From Callorhinchus milii (Eukaryota), in contig NW_024704742.1 in the NCBI RefSeq assembly GCF_018977255.1, forward strand, positions 47,246,001 to 47,310,000: DNA of 64,000 nt, read 5' to 3'. Shown piece after piece: positions 1 to 13,550 of the stretch. Below the pieces are notes generated by a model. It saw nothing but the letters and a program-made list of their open reading frames with translations, was not told the origin of the DNA and searched no databases. The position numbers were made by a program, and so were the translations under genes. Every line of letters starts with the position of its first letter. The first letter of the stretch is position 1.

Positions 1-19
1 CTGCTGAATTTGCTTACAA

Positions 20-220
20 ATAATAATAATAACAATCTGCATTTGGTATAACACCCTATCATTGTTGAGACATCTCAAACCACTTCATAGGACATGTTGT
101 GAAGTGGATTCACTGTGTATTTTGTGGGCCAACAGTCATCTCACTTTACAGTAAAATACTTTGAGATTTTCACCAACCTGATAAGGTGCTTTATAAAATA
201 CAAGATTATTATTATTATTG
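20..220. mobile_element. Two oppositely oriented SINE 3' tail fragments (L2-type tail, (ATT)n ends)
   Basis: aataataat..tgcatttggtata..gagacatctcaaac (minus) and ttgagatt..gataaggtgct..caagattattattatt (plus) match the SINE tail repeated across the window. Confidence 0.6.
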
Positions 221-1761
221 CCTCATTATACTCTGTGATTGTTCAATACAATATGTAATTTGAGCTTGTCAGTAAAATATTATAAAAGTTTCCTCCATTT
301 CACTTAAATTATCTCTCTTCTGCTGAGCAACGTGACACAAGCCAGCAATCATTTTGTATTGCAGTTTGTAGAGGACAGAGGACGGCAGCTTGGCAAAGAA
401 ATGTTAATATAAAATGGCATAATCAGGACAAATTATCTCTCACTCCTGACCAATAAGCAATATGACATTCACTGAGGATTCACAAGACTTTAGAAATAGC
501 TTTGCTAGATTCCTGGAAGTCTGCACTGTGAAATATTGCTCTGCCATGCCTTCTGTCATTATCTCCGAGTTGGACAACTATAGTGGAGCTGAGACAACCG
601 TCCAACAGTTTATGTAGATAACATCTATCTGTGCAGAGGAGTGTTATTTGGCTTTAAGATAAATGTGGCTACTTGATGTCATAAATCATGGGGGGGAAAA
701 AAGTGCAAGCAGCTTACACAATTATCAAAATAATGTGGTCTGGTCACATTCTCATCCATCTGTTTTAATAAAATGTACACAACGCAGTGCACATAATGTT
801 GATTGATGGGGATAATGGAAAATGAGACCTTGAATGAGAAGATTCTACAATACGAAAAAACTTTTTTGTTTTATTCTCCATTCTCTGTATGCTAACATAG
901 CTGAGGAGGTTTGCTTTGCGATTGCACATCACATAACAGGAAGTTGGGGTTTAACTAAAGCAAAAGAGCAAAATGTGTGGTCATATGATCTGATAAAAAT
1001 AGAATTTTTTGAACTAAGGTATTGTGCTTCGCCAGTTTCCTCAGGATCCTGTACGCATTATAGGAACATGATATGATAATTTGAAAGGCTAACCTTCAAT
1101 TTCAAAAAACCTAACCACCGAAAATATCATCAATTTATTTTAAAAATTGCCCAAACAATTAGAACATGGAGATTAATGTAAATTCATTCAGCTCCCTCCT
1201 ACACTGGTGTACTTCATGGTCTGATGCCTCTGAGTTGTATTGTGTGGGTGAGCATGGCAATTGCACAAATGGTTAGTATCAGAGGAGCTCTCTACCAATT
1301 TTCAGTTTATTCAGACTTTGATAAAATGTGTAATAAAGAAGGGCATTGAAAGTAAATGTGGCACAGTGCCAATACATTTGGAACATAGTTGCACTGTATT
1401 ATAGAGTAATAGCACGTTGGATAGTGTTTGTAGCACCACACAGGGAGTTGCCACTCTCAGCCGTGCTGTCATAGTGAAACAACAAGCAGGTTATCATTCT
1501 TTTCCATGGGGAGGGAAAGGAATTCGCATCTCCATTTCCTCTGAGCCACTCGTACAATTCAAATGACTTCCTTCAAAAGGGTATTGATAGGTTTACAGTT
1601 TCCCCACTTAACATCCTCAACACTGCTCTGTTGAGATGGTTTGACTGTTTGAAATGATTTTCTATGCTTGGGAAAGGAATAGAATATTTAATAAAATTAA
1701 TAATATAACAATTACCCGTAGCATAGAAGTCCAGTAACCTATTAGTTGGAGCCCTCACCAT

Positions 1762-2017
1762 ACACCTCTATTTACCTAGCAGGAAGTAGGAACCCGGTTG
1801 TTAGTTGATTGGCAGATCTCTTCTCAGGAATAATAGTCCCTCAAAAAAAATGTGGTCACTCAATCCACGAGTTTGTGGGACACTGTTGTGCACAAATGGC
1901 TGCCGCGTTTCGCCCACAAAATACAGTCAATTCATTTTACAGTATGTTCTGTGAAACGCTTTGCAACGTCTGATCAACGTGATAAGGTCCTGTGTCAAAT
2001 GCAAGGATTATTATTAT
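1762..2017 (+). mobile_element. 5'-truncated tRNA-SINE (CORE/Meta-like body, L2-type tail)
   Basis: ctctatttacctagcag..gtaggaaccc, tttgtgggacactg..ggctgccgcgtttcgcccacaaa, ends caaatgcaaggattattatt. Confidence 0.75.
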
Positions 2018-2906
2018 AAATTATACATTTATTAAATACTGCTCTGAGAGCCTCAAGATCTTCATTGAGTATTTGAGATTCCAACTGAGATTGAACAGAA
2101 GATCTTCTCTATAGTGCCATGACCTGAAAGGAAACAACATTTGGCCTTCTATCTGAATTTATATAAAGCACTGATTGATATCACACATGTGGGTCCGCAG
2201 TATTCCAGGGCCCTGTTGAAGACAGACCAACCGACCTGGGTCATCAGCAGGACTTGGGAAACAGATCAGTCACTCGGATTCCTCAGTTAACAGGGAATGA
2301 ACCACCATGGAAAGAGTACACATTCCATTCCAGACACAGGGAAATTTCCATATAAAAGTGGCATATATACTGTGTATGTAACTCTCAGTCTACTTAGAAC
2401 ACTCTTCAATAACAGCGTTGTAAGGACCATGTATTAACCCCCCTACTTTTCTGAAGTTCTTTCCTCTTGTTAATGTACAATTTAAACTTATTATTGTTTG
2501 TGTGATTTACTGGTGCAAATTGGCTGACACTTGCATGTGCTCACTGGCCAACTAAGCTGTCTTGGATAGCTCTCTGTGACCTGGGTTTCAAAGAAGAGGA
2601 CTTTTCAGACCAATTTGGGTCATAAAACTCATTTTGTTTTACTGAAAAATCATAATGGAAAATCAGCTTTTCATACCTCATGGCAGTAGATCAATGGAAC
2701 GAGTCAGCTGCTCCGTCCAAGCTTTTGTACCCATTCTATACTCATTTGGCTGCATTAGCCATGACAGGTAGGAATTGTAAATCATGTGACTCAGTTGTAT
2801 GATCCCTTGCCTAGAGTAATGTTGAACAGTATTGGTAAAACCACAAAAGTTTGAATTGTTGAAACAACCTACTAGAAAGAATTAAGAGGTTGGACTCGTT
2901 AATTGT

Positions 2907-3269
2907 GTGTCAGCCTGGTTCAGTGGTAATATTCTCGCCTCTGAGTCAGAAGGTTGTGGGTTCAATCCCACAGCGGGACTTAGAATCACATTGTCTAAGC
3001 TGACACTCCAAACATTAAACCAAGGTCCCGACTGCATGTTCAGGTGGACGTTAAAGATCCTATGGCACTGTTCAAAAAGAGAAGGGAGTTTCTCCTGGTT
3101 TCCTGGCCAACAATAAAATGGGTTTCTCACTCCATGGTTGTTTGTGGGACATTGCTATGCGCAAAATGGCTGCTGCATTTCAACCACAAAATACACAGTC
3201 AATCCACTTTACAGTATATCCTGTGAAACACTTTAAGATGTCTTGATGACATGATAGGGATTATTATTA
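2907..3269 (+). mobile_element. Deu-domain-type tRNA-SINE
   Basis: tRNA-like head (tggttcagtgg A-box-like, gggttcaatccc B-box); central caggtggacgttaaagatcctatggcact..tcctggccaa block resembling the Deu domain; L2-type tail with (ATT)n. Confidence 0.75.
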
Positions 3270-3982
3270 GAATGTAATTTAACTTAAAAAAGATAGATTG
3301 GTGATCAGTGAAATCCGGAACATTTGTTTTGATATTTAAGCAAGTCATGCTGTTTAATTACATTCTTTTTACAACACTTGCAATTTTTTTTACCCTGAAA
3401 TAAGTTATTTTCATCAACTTAGTTTATTCTACGAGTGCTGCAGAGAATGTTCAACATTCCCAACCATTATCTGACACCAGGACTATCCACATGAATCCAA
3501 CGGTTCATGCAAAACAATAATAATAATAAACCTTGGGCGTGGTATAGCACCTCCGACAAGCTCGTGGCACCCTTAGCATGTATTGGAGTGATAGCCTAGA
3601 ATCGATTACGTGAGTTCAAAGGCCCAATGTGGGGCTTGAACCCATAACCTTCTGACTCAGAGGAGAGAGTGCTGCTAACCTCAAGGCTGACCATCTGAAT
3701 GTGTCCAATGTCTACAGTTGTGAGAATGCCATTCATTGCAGATTTGGTTAATACGCCATTCATATATTTAAGATAGCATTCCACTGCACAATGTTGTGCA
3801 TTTTAGAAAAACTATTTTTTAATGACGTTGAGCCTTAAGAGTTGGTGAGTAATAGTCACCCCATTATAAAAATATTAATTTGGATTTCATTCATGCATCT
3901 ACCAATTTTTCCCAGACACAGGCTGAAGAAGTCATCTTTTGAAGAGTAGTGACGTAACTTCAAAGGAGGAAGTTGCTTTTGC

Positions 3983-4066
3983 TTACCATAGTGACCGTTT
4001 CTGCTGCTATAGCGACCACTTCTATAACTAAAGTGACCACTTCTGTTACTATGGTGACATTTTCAT
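3983..4066. repeat. Four degenerate 21-bp tandem units, each with an RFX X-box-like motif
   Basis: ttaccatagtgaccgtttctg / ctgctatagcgaccacttcta / taactaaagtgaccacttctg / ttactatggtgacattttcat. Confidence 0.7.
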
Positions 4067-6611
4067 TTAGAGTAAAAGTTATTTCAGGATAATTTATGGC
4101 ATTTTGGAGATTTGGACTGAACGCAGCACAATATTGAAACTGATTCTTCAGAAAAGAGGAAACAATATACTTATTAACAATAATATTATTTCTAAATGAA
4201 TGCTTTTCACGTTGGAAGGACGTCTCAAAAGGCTTCACAGGATAAGTTGTAAAATAAGGGTGACTTTTTTTGTGGACGATGAGACAAATTTTAACGAAAG
4301 AAATATCTTAACAATGATGTTAATTAGAACATGTTAAGTATCTCAATAGGACTTTGTTTAAATACCTCCCTGTTTAACATGGCCCAATACTTTCCTGCCA
4401 TTGTCTTTCCTTTTCCTTTGAAACAGTTAACCACTGAATGTGCTTGGCCGTAAATTAAAACGAAAGAATCAATTACCAGTTAGAAACCAGAGAGAAAATG
4501 TCAGCAGTGTGAGTCATGATTTTCTTCTCAGTGTCACTGGGCCTTTTTCCTTTCATGTTCTGCAGATATGTGACAAACGGAAACTTGGGGGCAGCTGCAC
4601 AGTTTTAAACGGTCAACAGTTTGTAGACAGTCGCGGACATCACTAAAACACCAGTCATATTCCAATGGTTATTAAAGGTTAGAAATTAAGGATTTATCTG
4701 GAACATATAAGTCAGGAAGTCCAACAGAGCTGTGTGGTAGCAGTCCTTAGACTGAATCTCATCAACGAGTTGCTGCAGTTTTAAAAAGGAAACCGTTAAA
4801 GAGCAAGTGATCCAGAATTATAATTTACACTTTTGTGGCAGGGCATCCTAATAAAATATTTAGTTGGCGTTGATCATACTCAAAATAAGCTCTATTTATC
4901 TCTCCTAACTGCTTCCATTTCTTAATTTATATCAGAATATTATCCACATTTTAAAAAAAAGTCTGTGGATTTGTTGCATTAATTACAAGTTTGGGTTTGA
5001 TAATATTTAAATATTGTTAATTTGACCCCAAGGAAATGAGGAACAATGCAACAAATGAGCTAAATTGTGACAGACAGATTGTGATTACCTCCCCACATCA
5101 CGGCTCGGAGTCGGGCTCTGCCACTGTTAAGCCCTCTGAGACGCTACTCTGCGTGGAGGGCACTACATAAGTGCAAGTTGTTGTTGATACAAATAAATAC
5201 AAGGTAATGCACAATGGAACAGGAAATGGCAAACAGCGAAGAGGTGTCAATTAGTAACGGTAAAGAAGGAGTGGGTGTCATTATTTGCTGATTCAATTAA
5301 GGTTTCCAGCTGCCTGTAACTGTTTTCAATGTTTTGTTTTCAATTCGTGGGATATTGGTGTTCACAAATTTTGTTTTCCTACAAAATGCACTATCACAAT
5401 ACTTTACATTATGTCTTGTGAAGCCCTTTGAGATAGCTCAATGACGTGATAAGGTACTATATCAAATTCAAGGATTATTATTATTATGTTTTCAGAAAAT
5501 CACACAAGATTACAGGATTAGTTTGGATGAAGAAAGTCCTTCAGTCCATTTAATCTAATTTTTCCGAATACCTACTCTACCATCCTACCATTTAGTGCTC
5601 CATTTGAACATTGAACACAATTAAGTTGCTTTATAATATCATGAAGAATCTTTTATAATACCTAATTATGACAAAATAAAGAATAAATTAGTATACAAAT
5701 TATACATGTTCTATATGTTTATTTGAAATCAATTGAGACCAAAGGATACAAGGAAATCATCACTGGTGGTAATCCCATCAAAATAAAGTCAAATCAAAAC
5801 ATTTCAAAGAGCTTCACAACAATACCGTGGATCACGGGATTCAAACAACAATATAAACTGCAGAAATAAAACATAACAATAAACATCCTTGCACTTTTCT
5901 TGGATTAAGCACTTTACAGGGCTTCAGCACATCATTACCATTTGAAATAATTTATATGGAAATTCTCTGATTCACTCATACGCTCGACAAACAAATGCGA
6001 AAATTAAATTTGTCTTTAACTGCTGTGCAATAGGATTTAAACAGGACTTCACTGATGTGCCTATTGATGAAAATCCTTGGGTGCATAGTACGCATTTCAG
6101 TGTCTGAGGATAACAGCACAAACACAGCATAGTCCTATTGTTACATGCCCTTGTCTGTTTCAGTTTTTAAAAACAACTGTATAATTACTGCAGAAAGAGT
6201 TTAAATAACTTTTCGTCACAGGTTCCAGTCGGTGAGGTAAAACACTTGTTGCAAATTTCCAGCTGTATGTGTGAACTATGGAGGTGTCTTTGTGTTCAGA
6301 ATAAAATCCGCAGATCTATTCATTAGGATGACTCGGAAAACTGTGATATGTTCTGTGGCCATGTTTATTGTTTTTTGCCAATTTTTGTTTGTCCTCCAAT
6401 TTTCTCTTCTCTTCCCCATTTCATTCCTTTTTCCCTTGGGCTTGGCTGGTGATCAGGAGTGGAAACCATGGATGATTGTCCCAGGGCACAGTGATCACAA
6501 GATCACAAGATTGGTCTGGGTAAAGAAGACTCTTCAGCCTATCCCATCTCATCTCTCCAGAACACCCACCATCCCATTCCCTCATCACTGCATCAAACTG
6601 CTTTTTAAATA

Positions 6612-6962
6612 AGTCTAGTGTATGAGGAGGGTAGAGTGGTCAACAGTATTGAAGACAGCAGATAGGTCAAGGAGGACGAGGAGACAGAAGGAGCCCCTGT
6701 CACAAATGTCATTTGTCACTTTGACCAGGGCTGTTTCTGTGCTGTTGGAGAGGTTTGTTAAGGGAGTGGCAGGAGAAGAAAGAGCGAAGCTGAGAAGCAA
6801 TGACTCGTTCCAGGTCCTTGGAAAGGAAAGGGAGGTTGGAGATGGGGTGGTAGTTTGAGAGCAGGGATGAATCCAGGGAAATATTTTTGAGGATAGGATA
6901 TAATGGCTGTTTTTAAGGGGGTGGGAATGGTGCCAGTGGACAGGGAGAGGTTGGTAATGTCG
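6612..6962 (-). mobile_element. L2 LINE RT fragment (decayed)
   Basis: Minus-strand translations [28 protein letters not shown] and [18 protein letters not shown] match the intact L2 ORF at 37235. Confidence 0.9.
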
Positions 6963-7619
6963 AATGCAAAGATAATTATTATTCTGTTATTATTCTGTCT
7001 ATATCTGCCTACATTCATTATCTACTCCGTTATATCATTAATACTAAAAACAGCATCCATTCTGGGGCCAACACAGAGGAATTTCACTGCTTACAGATGC
7101 CTTAATAGAATTAATGTCTAACTATAAATAAGTAATAACAACCCTCACCATATGCCTTCCCCCACTGCCACTGCCCTGCACAGTTTTGCCTCCATTTCTC
7201 CCTCGGTCCCTCTTCATCATAATCTACATGAAACTTACCACCTGCTCCCTTAATCTGCTCCTCACCCAGCTCTTGATCACCCATATATCCCTCCACTGCC
7301 ATCTGCTGCTAGATATAGCCAATTTCTCCCCCTCCTCTCTCCTGACACTGCTCCCCCTCACCTTCACTGTCATCAACCCCCTCCTTTTTTGCAGCTTAAC
7401 ATGGACAAGAAGGAAACCATCCTGCTCCATCCCACTAATGTCTCCTCACTTCCTGCTCTCACATGTTCGACCTCCCTGGCCTTTCTGTTAAACTCACTGA
7501 ACCAGTGCACAATCTTCGTGTTCGGTTTAATCTTTAACTTCTTCCTTCCTCGCATTCAATAACAACAGCAAATTAAATTTGTAAAGCGCCTTTCACGTCT
7601 GGAGGACTTCCTCACTCAC

Positions 7620-7850
7620 TAAATATGATCACTTTCTTCATCTTCTCCCCTACCTCACATCAAATGCTGCTGAAAAAACTCTGATTCCTGCCTTTGTTAC
7701 CTCCCGACTAGACTTTCCAAATGCATTCCTCGCCGGTCTCTGTGCTTCCACCATCACCCTAGGCCTTGTCAGGTGCCATTGTTTTCATGTATCGCAACAG
7801 ATCAACTTCAAGTTCCTCACCTATAAATCCCTTCACACTGCAGTATCTCC
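7620..7850 (+). mobile_element. Old L2 3' ORF fragment
   Basis: gcctttgttacctcccgactagac and atcaacttcaag..cctcacctataaatcccttcac resemble AFVTSRLD and [11 protein letters not shown] of the intact L2. Confidence 0.6.
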
Positions 7851-8659
7851 GATTTTCTCTCATGTCTTCTGGTATTCTGTGGCTCTACAGCGTAACCACA
7901 TTATATCTGGACCTGAGGCATACTGCAGCAGTATGTGGATAACCATAAAATGGAGTCCAACCTCAACTTAAATCCAGATAAATGCAACATGATCAGAATC
8001 CCCTTAGCAACAGTTTCAGCTTGAGTAGCTGTTGTGATTCAGCAGATAGAAAGTCAAACCTCTTCAGCTAAAGGAAAAGATTTAATGGGATAATTATTGA
8101 TAATTATGAAACTGTCATGAAACATCAAATGCAAGGATTATTACTAGTATTATTATCAATTAGTGTAAGGGAGAATTTGCTCTAGTTGGAATAATGAACT
8201 TGTACACCATTAACCACAATCAGAACCGTACAAATGAAAGTCTTCAGAAGCAATATTGCTCTTTGCTCTGAGGGTTTCCACATGATTGTCACACATCTGG
8301 TTCTTGTCAGGCATTATGCAATCAGCTCGAGTCAATTGAGTTATTTCCCCCAATTACAGTACTGTGTGTGGTACTGTAAATATGTCAGTTTAAATTAGTG
8401 AAATAGAATCAGCCAAATGCAGGGCAGATCTGGCAGTATTCCACTCTTGTCTGATCTTAGGAAATACTGGAATGAATGTCAATCACACCCATGTAGGCCA
8501 TTGCTAAGACTTACCTCATAATAGGTTTCTATTATGTTATTAAGGACCAGAAAGTGAAGAGGCAAACAACCACATTTCTTCCTTAAAAAATATTTCATTT
8601 GAATTCTTAAATGTTAAATGTCGGAGTGAAATGTACCTGAATTTTAAAATTTTCTTTAA

Positions 8660-8851
<192 letters not shown>

Positions 8852-9220
8852 TAAATTCTGAAGGAATACCCTGATCAAACTGTTGATTGAAAATATAGTA
8901 AATGAATGTGGTAAAATAGAGATAATTGAACAAATTTTGACAAATGCATGAGACAGCCTGCAATAATTTAGTTATTTTGAGGTTGCAGGTCAATATGTTT
9001 CTTAACATATTTAATTTGTGCTCTTTTAAGACACTTGACTGGTTTATTCTTGAAATGCCTAACCACTCGTTGCTGCTCACTAAACAACTTTTTTTTATCC
9101 GAATTGATTTTTGTTTGGTCATGTTAAGGTGGGAAATTTGCATTTTATACCAACTTTATAATTTCATTAAATTTATTGCATTGTTACCAGCAATGCAAAA
9201 ACAGTACAATAAATGTAACA

Positions 9221-9540
9221 TCCTGTAGCTCAGTGGTTAGAGCACTCGCTTTGCAAGTGAGAGACCTGAGTTCAATTCCAGGCAGGGCGAAACCTTGGGC
9301 AAGTTTCCTTACTCCACACAGAGCCTAATAATAATCCCTCCAAAAAAACAATAATAATAAATTGGTCATTTTCAATCCATGACTGTTTGTGGGACATTGC
9401 TGTGCGCAATGGCTGCCACGTTCGCCCACAAATATACAGTCAATTCACTTTGCAATATATTCTGTGAAGCGCTTTGGGACGTCTAGAAGACGTGAAAAGC
9501 GCTATATCAAATGCAAGGATTATTATTATTATTATTATAA
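9221..9540 (+). mobile_element. tRNA-derived SINE, short (centrally deleted) subfamily
   Basis: tagctcagtggttagagc A-box, gagttcaattcc B-box, ccttgggcaagtttccttactcc, tail agcgctttgggacgtc..gacgtgaaaagcgct, (ATT)n. Confidence 0.9.
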
Positions 9541-11544
9541 TGCCAGGAGTCCAATGTGTTAGGTGGTGGGGGGGGGCTTCTGAGTTCAACCTTTGTGAAT
9601 GAGATGGGAGATGCGGTGGAGTGGGGGGGGGCTCATTGACCTATGGATTGGTCTGTAGTTAACACATCGATCGCTGATTTCGGTGTTAGAATTAGCCATG
9701 TCATTGTTCATCAACACGTCACATGTAATAATTACCATCCTTCTAACTTTGTTTTGATTGATAATACAGTACAGTGTTCGCAAATTAAAATACAGACCCA
9801 GCTTTGAGCTTTGGTATGTATCAAGTCAATTCTTTGGGGCAGCACTACACGTGGCCCTCAAGTTCACCGGCACACAAAAAATACAACTTGCCTGTTTGTG
9901 AGCACTGACCAGCAGCCCTGGGAATGTATAGACGCCATGTGGTCGCAAAGTCAGGTAAAGCTGTGATATCTCCCTAGGTTGAAAGGAAGAATGACTATTG
10001 TAGAAGGTGCTTTATCTCTTGGTCAATGGGTGTATGTATAATAGACCAGCTAAATAATGTGTAAACATAGCTGGATTATGTGCTATGTGTAAGTGAGTGT
10101 ATTCAGAGGTATGCAGGTAATAACCAATGAAAAGCTTCTATGAATTAAGTCATTAATAACCAATCATTTTCATTTCTTATTATTGACATAACTCATGATA
10201 TATCTAATCCTAAGCAGTAATTTCCTATGTTCAGATGTGTTTGCATGGGGTGCATGATGCAGCTTTACTTAAGCATGGTTTACACATGACACATTATAGA
10301 CCCCAGTATCATACAAAGTTGGGAGTCAATGGTACAGGCAGGGTTAATCAACTGCTTTAAGATCCTTGTCCTAAATTTCAAATCCCTTCACAGTCTCACT
10401 TTTCCTATGCCATTTCCTCTATCCCTTCTCTCCTCCCTCTAAGCCTCCTCCAATTTTGGTCTATTAGTCATTCCTCACTCCTTCCATCCATTGTTGATGG
10501 CTGATCCTTCAACCCTACACTCTGCCCTCAGGAACTTTACTCTCCTTGGCTCGCTTGCTCTTCCCTGCCTTCAAAACCCTCCTAAAAACAAATCTTTTCA
10601 GCCATGTTTTGGTCAACATTTCTAACTTTCCTTTTGCTCTGCTCAGGGTTCCCTATTATAAGTTCTAAGTGCTTCAAGACATTCATTTTACATGAAGTGA
10701 TCTGTGGAAGTGGAAGGCATTGATGTGTAAAATATTGCGAGCAGTTGTCCCCCTTTCGTCAGCTTGCTACTTGCCTGCTATCCGACCTTGGCTTTCAAAA
10801 TGCTTATTGCTGCCTTTGGTGCCAAATGTTATGTAGAAGCATCGTGTTGTGAAATTTGAAACAGCAGCTCTCATTTAGGTGTGAGGAGAATGTTAAGATT
10901 CCTGGCATTTAGCCATGCTCATGTTTACATACATGTGCCAATTGGGATTGCAATTGAAAGGTTAAGGACAGAGTTTACACGTCAGTAATCTTGCTATAAT
11001 AGTGCCTGTTATAGTGCTCAAAAATACTTGTTGCCCTTTTTGTTCTCCTTGGGATAGAGTTATCTCCAAAAGGTCATGCGTTTGAATCCCAGGCTGTATA
11101 TACGTGGGGTAGATGAGTTTTATCAAAGAATTGCAGCATCTGCACAGGAGAAAAGCACGGCTACAAATCTTTTAAGATCAAATGTTATTTTAATCAGGAA
11201 TGATTTGCTCAAATGCTACACTATAAAACTATAATAATGGGTACTGCAATGGAGAATGGCGATATTCAGGGTGCTTTTGAAGTGTTCACAAATTTCTTCC
11301 ACTGAGGTTAAAGTAGGCCACTCACAAGCAGATATTGTGTTCATTGAAATTTCTGGTTTGAGCTAAATTCTGCAATTTTTACCAAATTCAATGGTGAATT
11401 TGCTAAATTCGCCACAATCTTGAAGGGCCAGTAAAGGCATATTAATATGTTTTGCTTTCTGCAACATAGAACTCTTTTCAAGCAGAAACGGCCTGAAAAT
11501 AAAACATTGACATTAATCACCATTTCCATTGGTCAAATGCAGAA

Positions 11545-11908
11545 CTTCCAGCTCATATTCTAAGCTGTCACCTTAGTACAATATTGCAGGAGCCTGCATT
11601 GTTGGAGGTGCCATTCTCCAGATGAAATATTAAAACAAGTCCCGACTGCCTGTTCAGGTGGACTTTAAAGATCCCACGATTCTGTTGAAAAAGAGAGGGA
11701 GTTTCTCCCAGTGTCCTGGCCAACAAACAACCAGATTAAAAAAAAGTTGTTCACTTCACTAGCTATTTGTGGAACATTGCTGTGTGCAAATTGGCTGCCA
11801 CGTTGGCCTACAAATACAGTCACTGTAGTTTACAGAACAATTCTGTGAAGCACTTTGAGACGTTCTCAACGTTATAGACGCTATATTAAATTTAAGGATT
11901 ATCATTAG
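11545..11908 (+). mobile_element. Deu-domain-type SINE, headless
   Basis: caggtggactttaaagatccc..gtgtcctggccaa, then the shared 3' body and tail. Confidence 0.75.
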
Positions 11909-12049
11909 TTGATCAAGTGACTTGGGTGCATATAGACTCGATAAATTTCGCAGCTCTTAGCTGAGCCACAAGATGGTGCTCCTCATGTGGGGTGGAAATG
12001 TATCCTAACTACTTCACTTCACGAGGCAACTGAGTCACTAAGCACCATA

Positions 12050-12790
12050 TGATATTAACGCCTTATCACATTGTTGAGACATCACAAAGCATTCCACAGA
12101 ATATACTGTAAAGTGAATTGACTGTACATTTTGTGGCAGTCAATTGCGCACAGCAGTATCTCAAAATAGTCATGGATTGAGTGACCAAATTATTTATTTA
12201 TTTGTTTATTTTTTTGAAGGGATTATTACCTCGGAAATTGATCTGCCAATCGACTAACCACCGGGTTTCTACTTACTGCTAGGTAAACAGAGGGTATGGA
12301 ATAATGATAATAATAATAATTCTTGCATTTGAGATAGCGTCTTATAATGTCTTCAAGACATCTCAAAGCACCACAGAATAATAATAATCCTTGCATTTGA
12401 TATAGTGCTTTTCACGTCGGGAGGACGTCCCAAAGCGCTTCACAGAACACACTGTAAAGTGAATTGACTGTATATTTGTGGGCGAACGCGGCAGCCAATT
12501 GCGCACAGCAATGTCCCACAAACAGTCGTAGATTGAAAATGACCAATTTATTATTGTTTTTGGTTTTGGAGGGATTATTATTAGGTGTGTGGAGTAAGGA
12601 AACTTGCCCAAGGTTTCGCCCTGCCTGGAATTGAACTTATACTGTAAAGTGAATTGACTGAATATTTTGTGGGTGAAATGCTATATCATATATTATATAT
12701 AATATATATTCATATGTAAGGAAACTTGCCCAAATCAAACCCAGGTCCTTTTGCTTGTGAGGGCGAGTACTCTAACCAACACACTTCAGG
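12050..12790 (-). mobile_element. Three nested tRNA-SINE copies
   Basis: Outer copy split at ..tatgga|gtaagg (12300/12716); middle copy split at ..cagaata|tatactg (12380/12638); inner copy ~12381-12637. Confidence 0.8.
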
Positions 12791-12937
12791 ACTGCAATGC
12801 AAAAAGATAACTGGATTTTCTTTGGAGACAGCCTTTGGCAAATGATGTGCTGTGCATAAATTACAGGCATTCAATGCTAAATTACTATTCAGTTTAGTTC
12901 AGATTTCTAGCGCCTCTTTGATCTTTAATGTGAATGG

Positions 12938-13365
12938 AACAACAACAACAAATTGCATCTAGATAGGTGTAGGGCAAGGAGGTTGGGGGTGGGAAGATGA
13001 CTGAAGGCACAGTCAAATAGGAAGGTCTTGAGACTGGCCTTCAAGGAAGCAAGGGAGGAAGCAAGGCAAAGCGAATCCAGGATGGAATTCCAGAAGGTGA
13101 GGGAAGAAAACCTGAAGGCCCGACCGCGATGGTGGGGCGGCCAAGGTGTGGGACATAGAGCAGGCCAGTGCCCACTGAGGGGAGGGGACAGGAAGGTTGG
13201 TCTGGTGTTCGTAGGTCACAGAGGTAGGGAGGAGCAAGACCATGAAAGGCTTTGAAAGTGTGAACAGGGATCTTAAACTCGATCCTCTGGAGGATGGGGA
13301 GCCAGTGAATCCGGGCGAAGATAGGGGTGATTGTCTCACAGAGTTTGGTGCTGCTCTTGTATGAT
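12938..13365 (-). mobile_element. L2 3' end fragment
   Basis: ITPIFARIHWLPILQRIEFKI on the minus strand; (CAA)n tail at ~12938. Confidence 0.9.
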
Positions 13366-13550
13366 TGATGCATCGTAGCGATCTTGACTCATCATGAAAC
13401 ATTCTTTCATTTGTTACTTTATATGAAAAACATGCTCTGAACTTGCAGAGAAACTGTTGTTGGCAACAAGGACAAATAATTTATTGAGGTGCAGCAGAGG
13501 GTATTCCACATGAGATTTACCCAATTTTGACCAAATGCTCCTAACAAGTA

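Noticed and set aside
6222..6236. Possible 15-nt microexon (cacag|GTTCCAGTCGGTGAG|gtaaaa)
   Set aside because: Frame-preserving, but the donor is weak and there is no homology support; such matches are common by chance.
834..6612. Short ORFs of 60-113 aa in unique intronic sequence, here and throughout the window
   Set aside because: No recognisable domains, many non-ATG starts, no consistent splice structure; expected by chance.
9221..9285. tRNA genes at SINE heads (also 33030, 53865, 58260)
   Set aside because: A/B boxes run straight into SINE bodies, and acceptor stems are incomplete.
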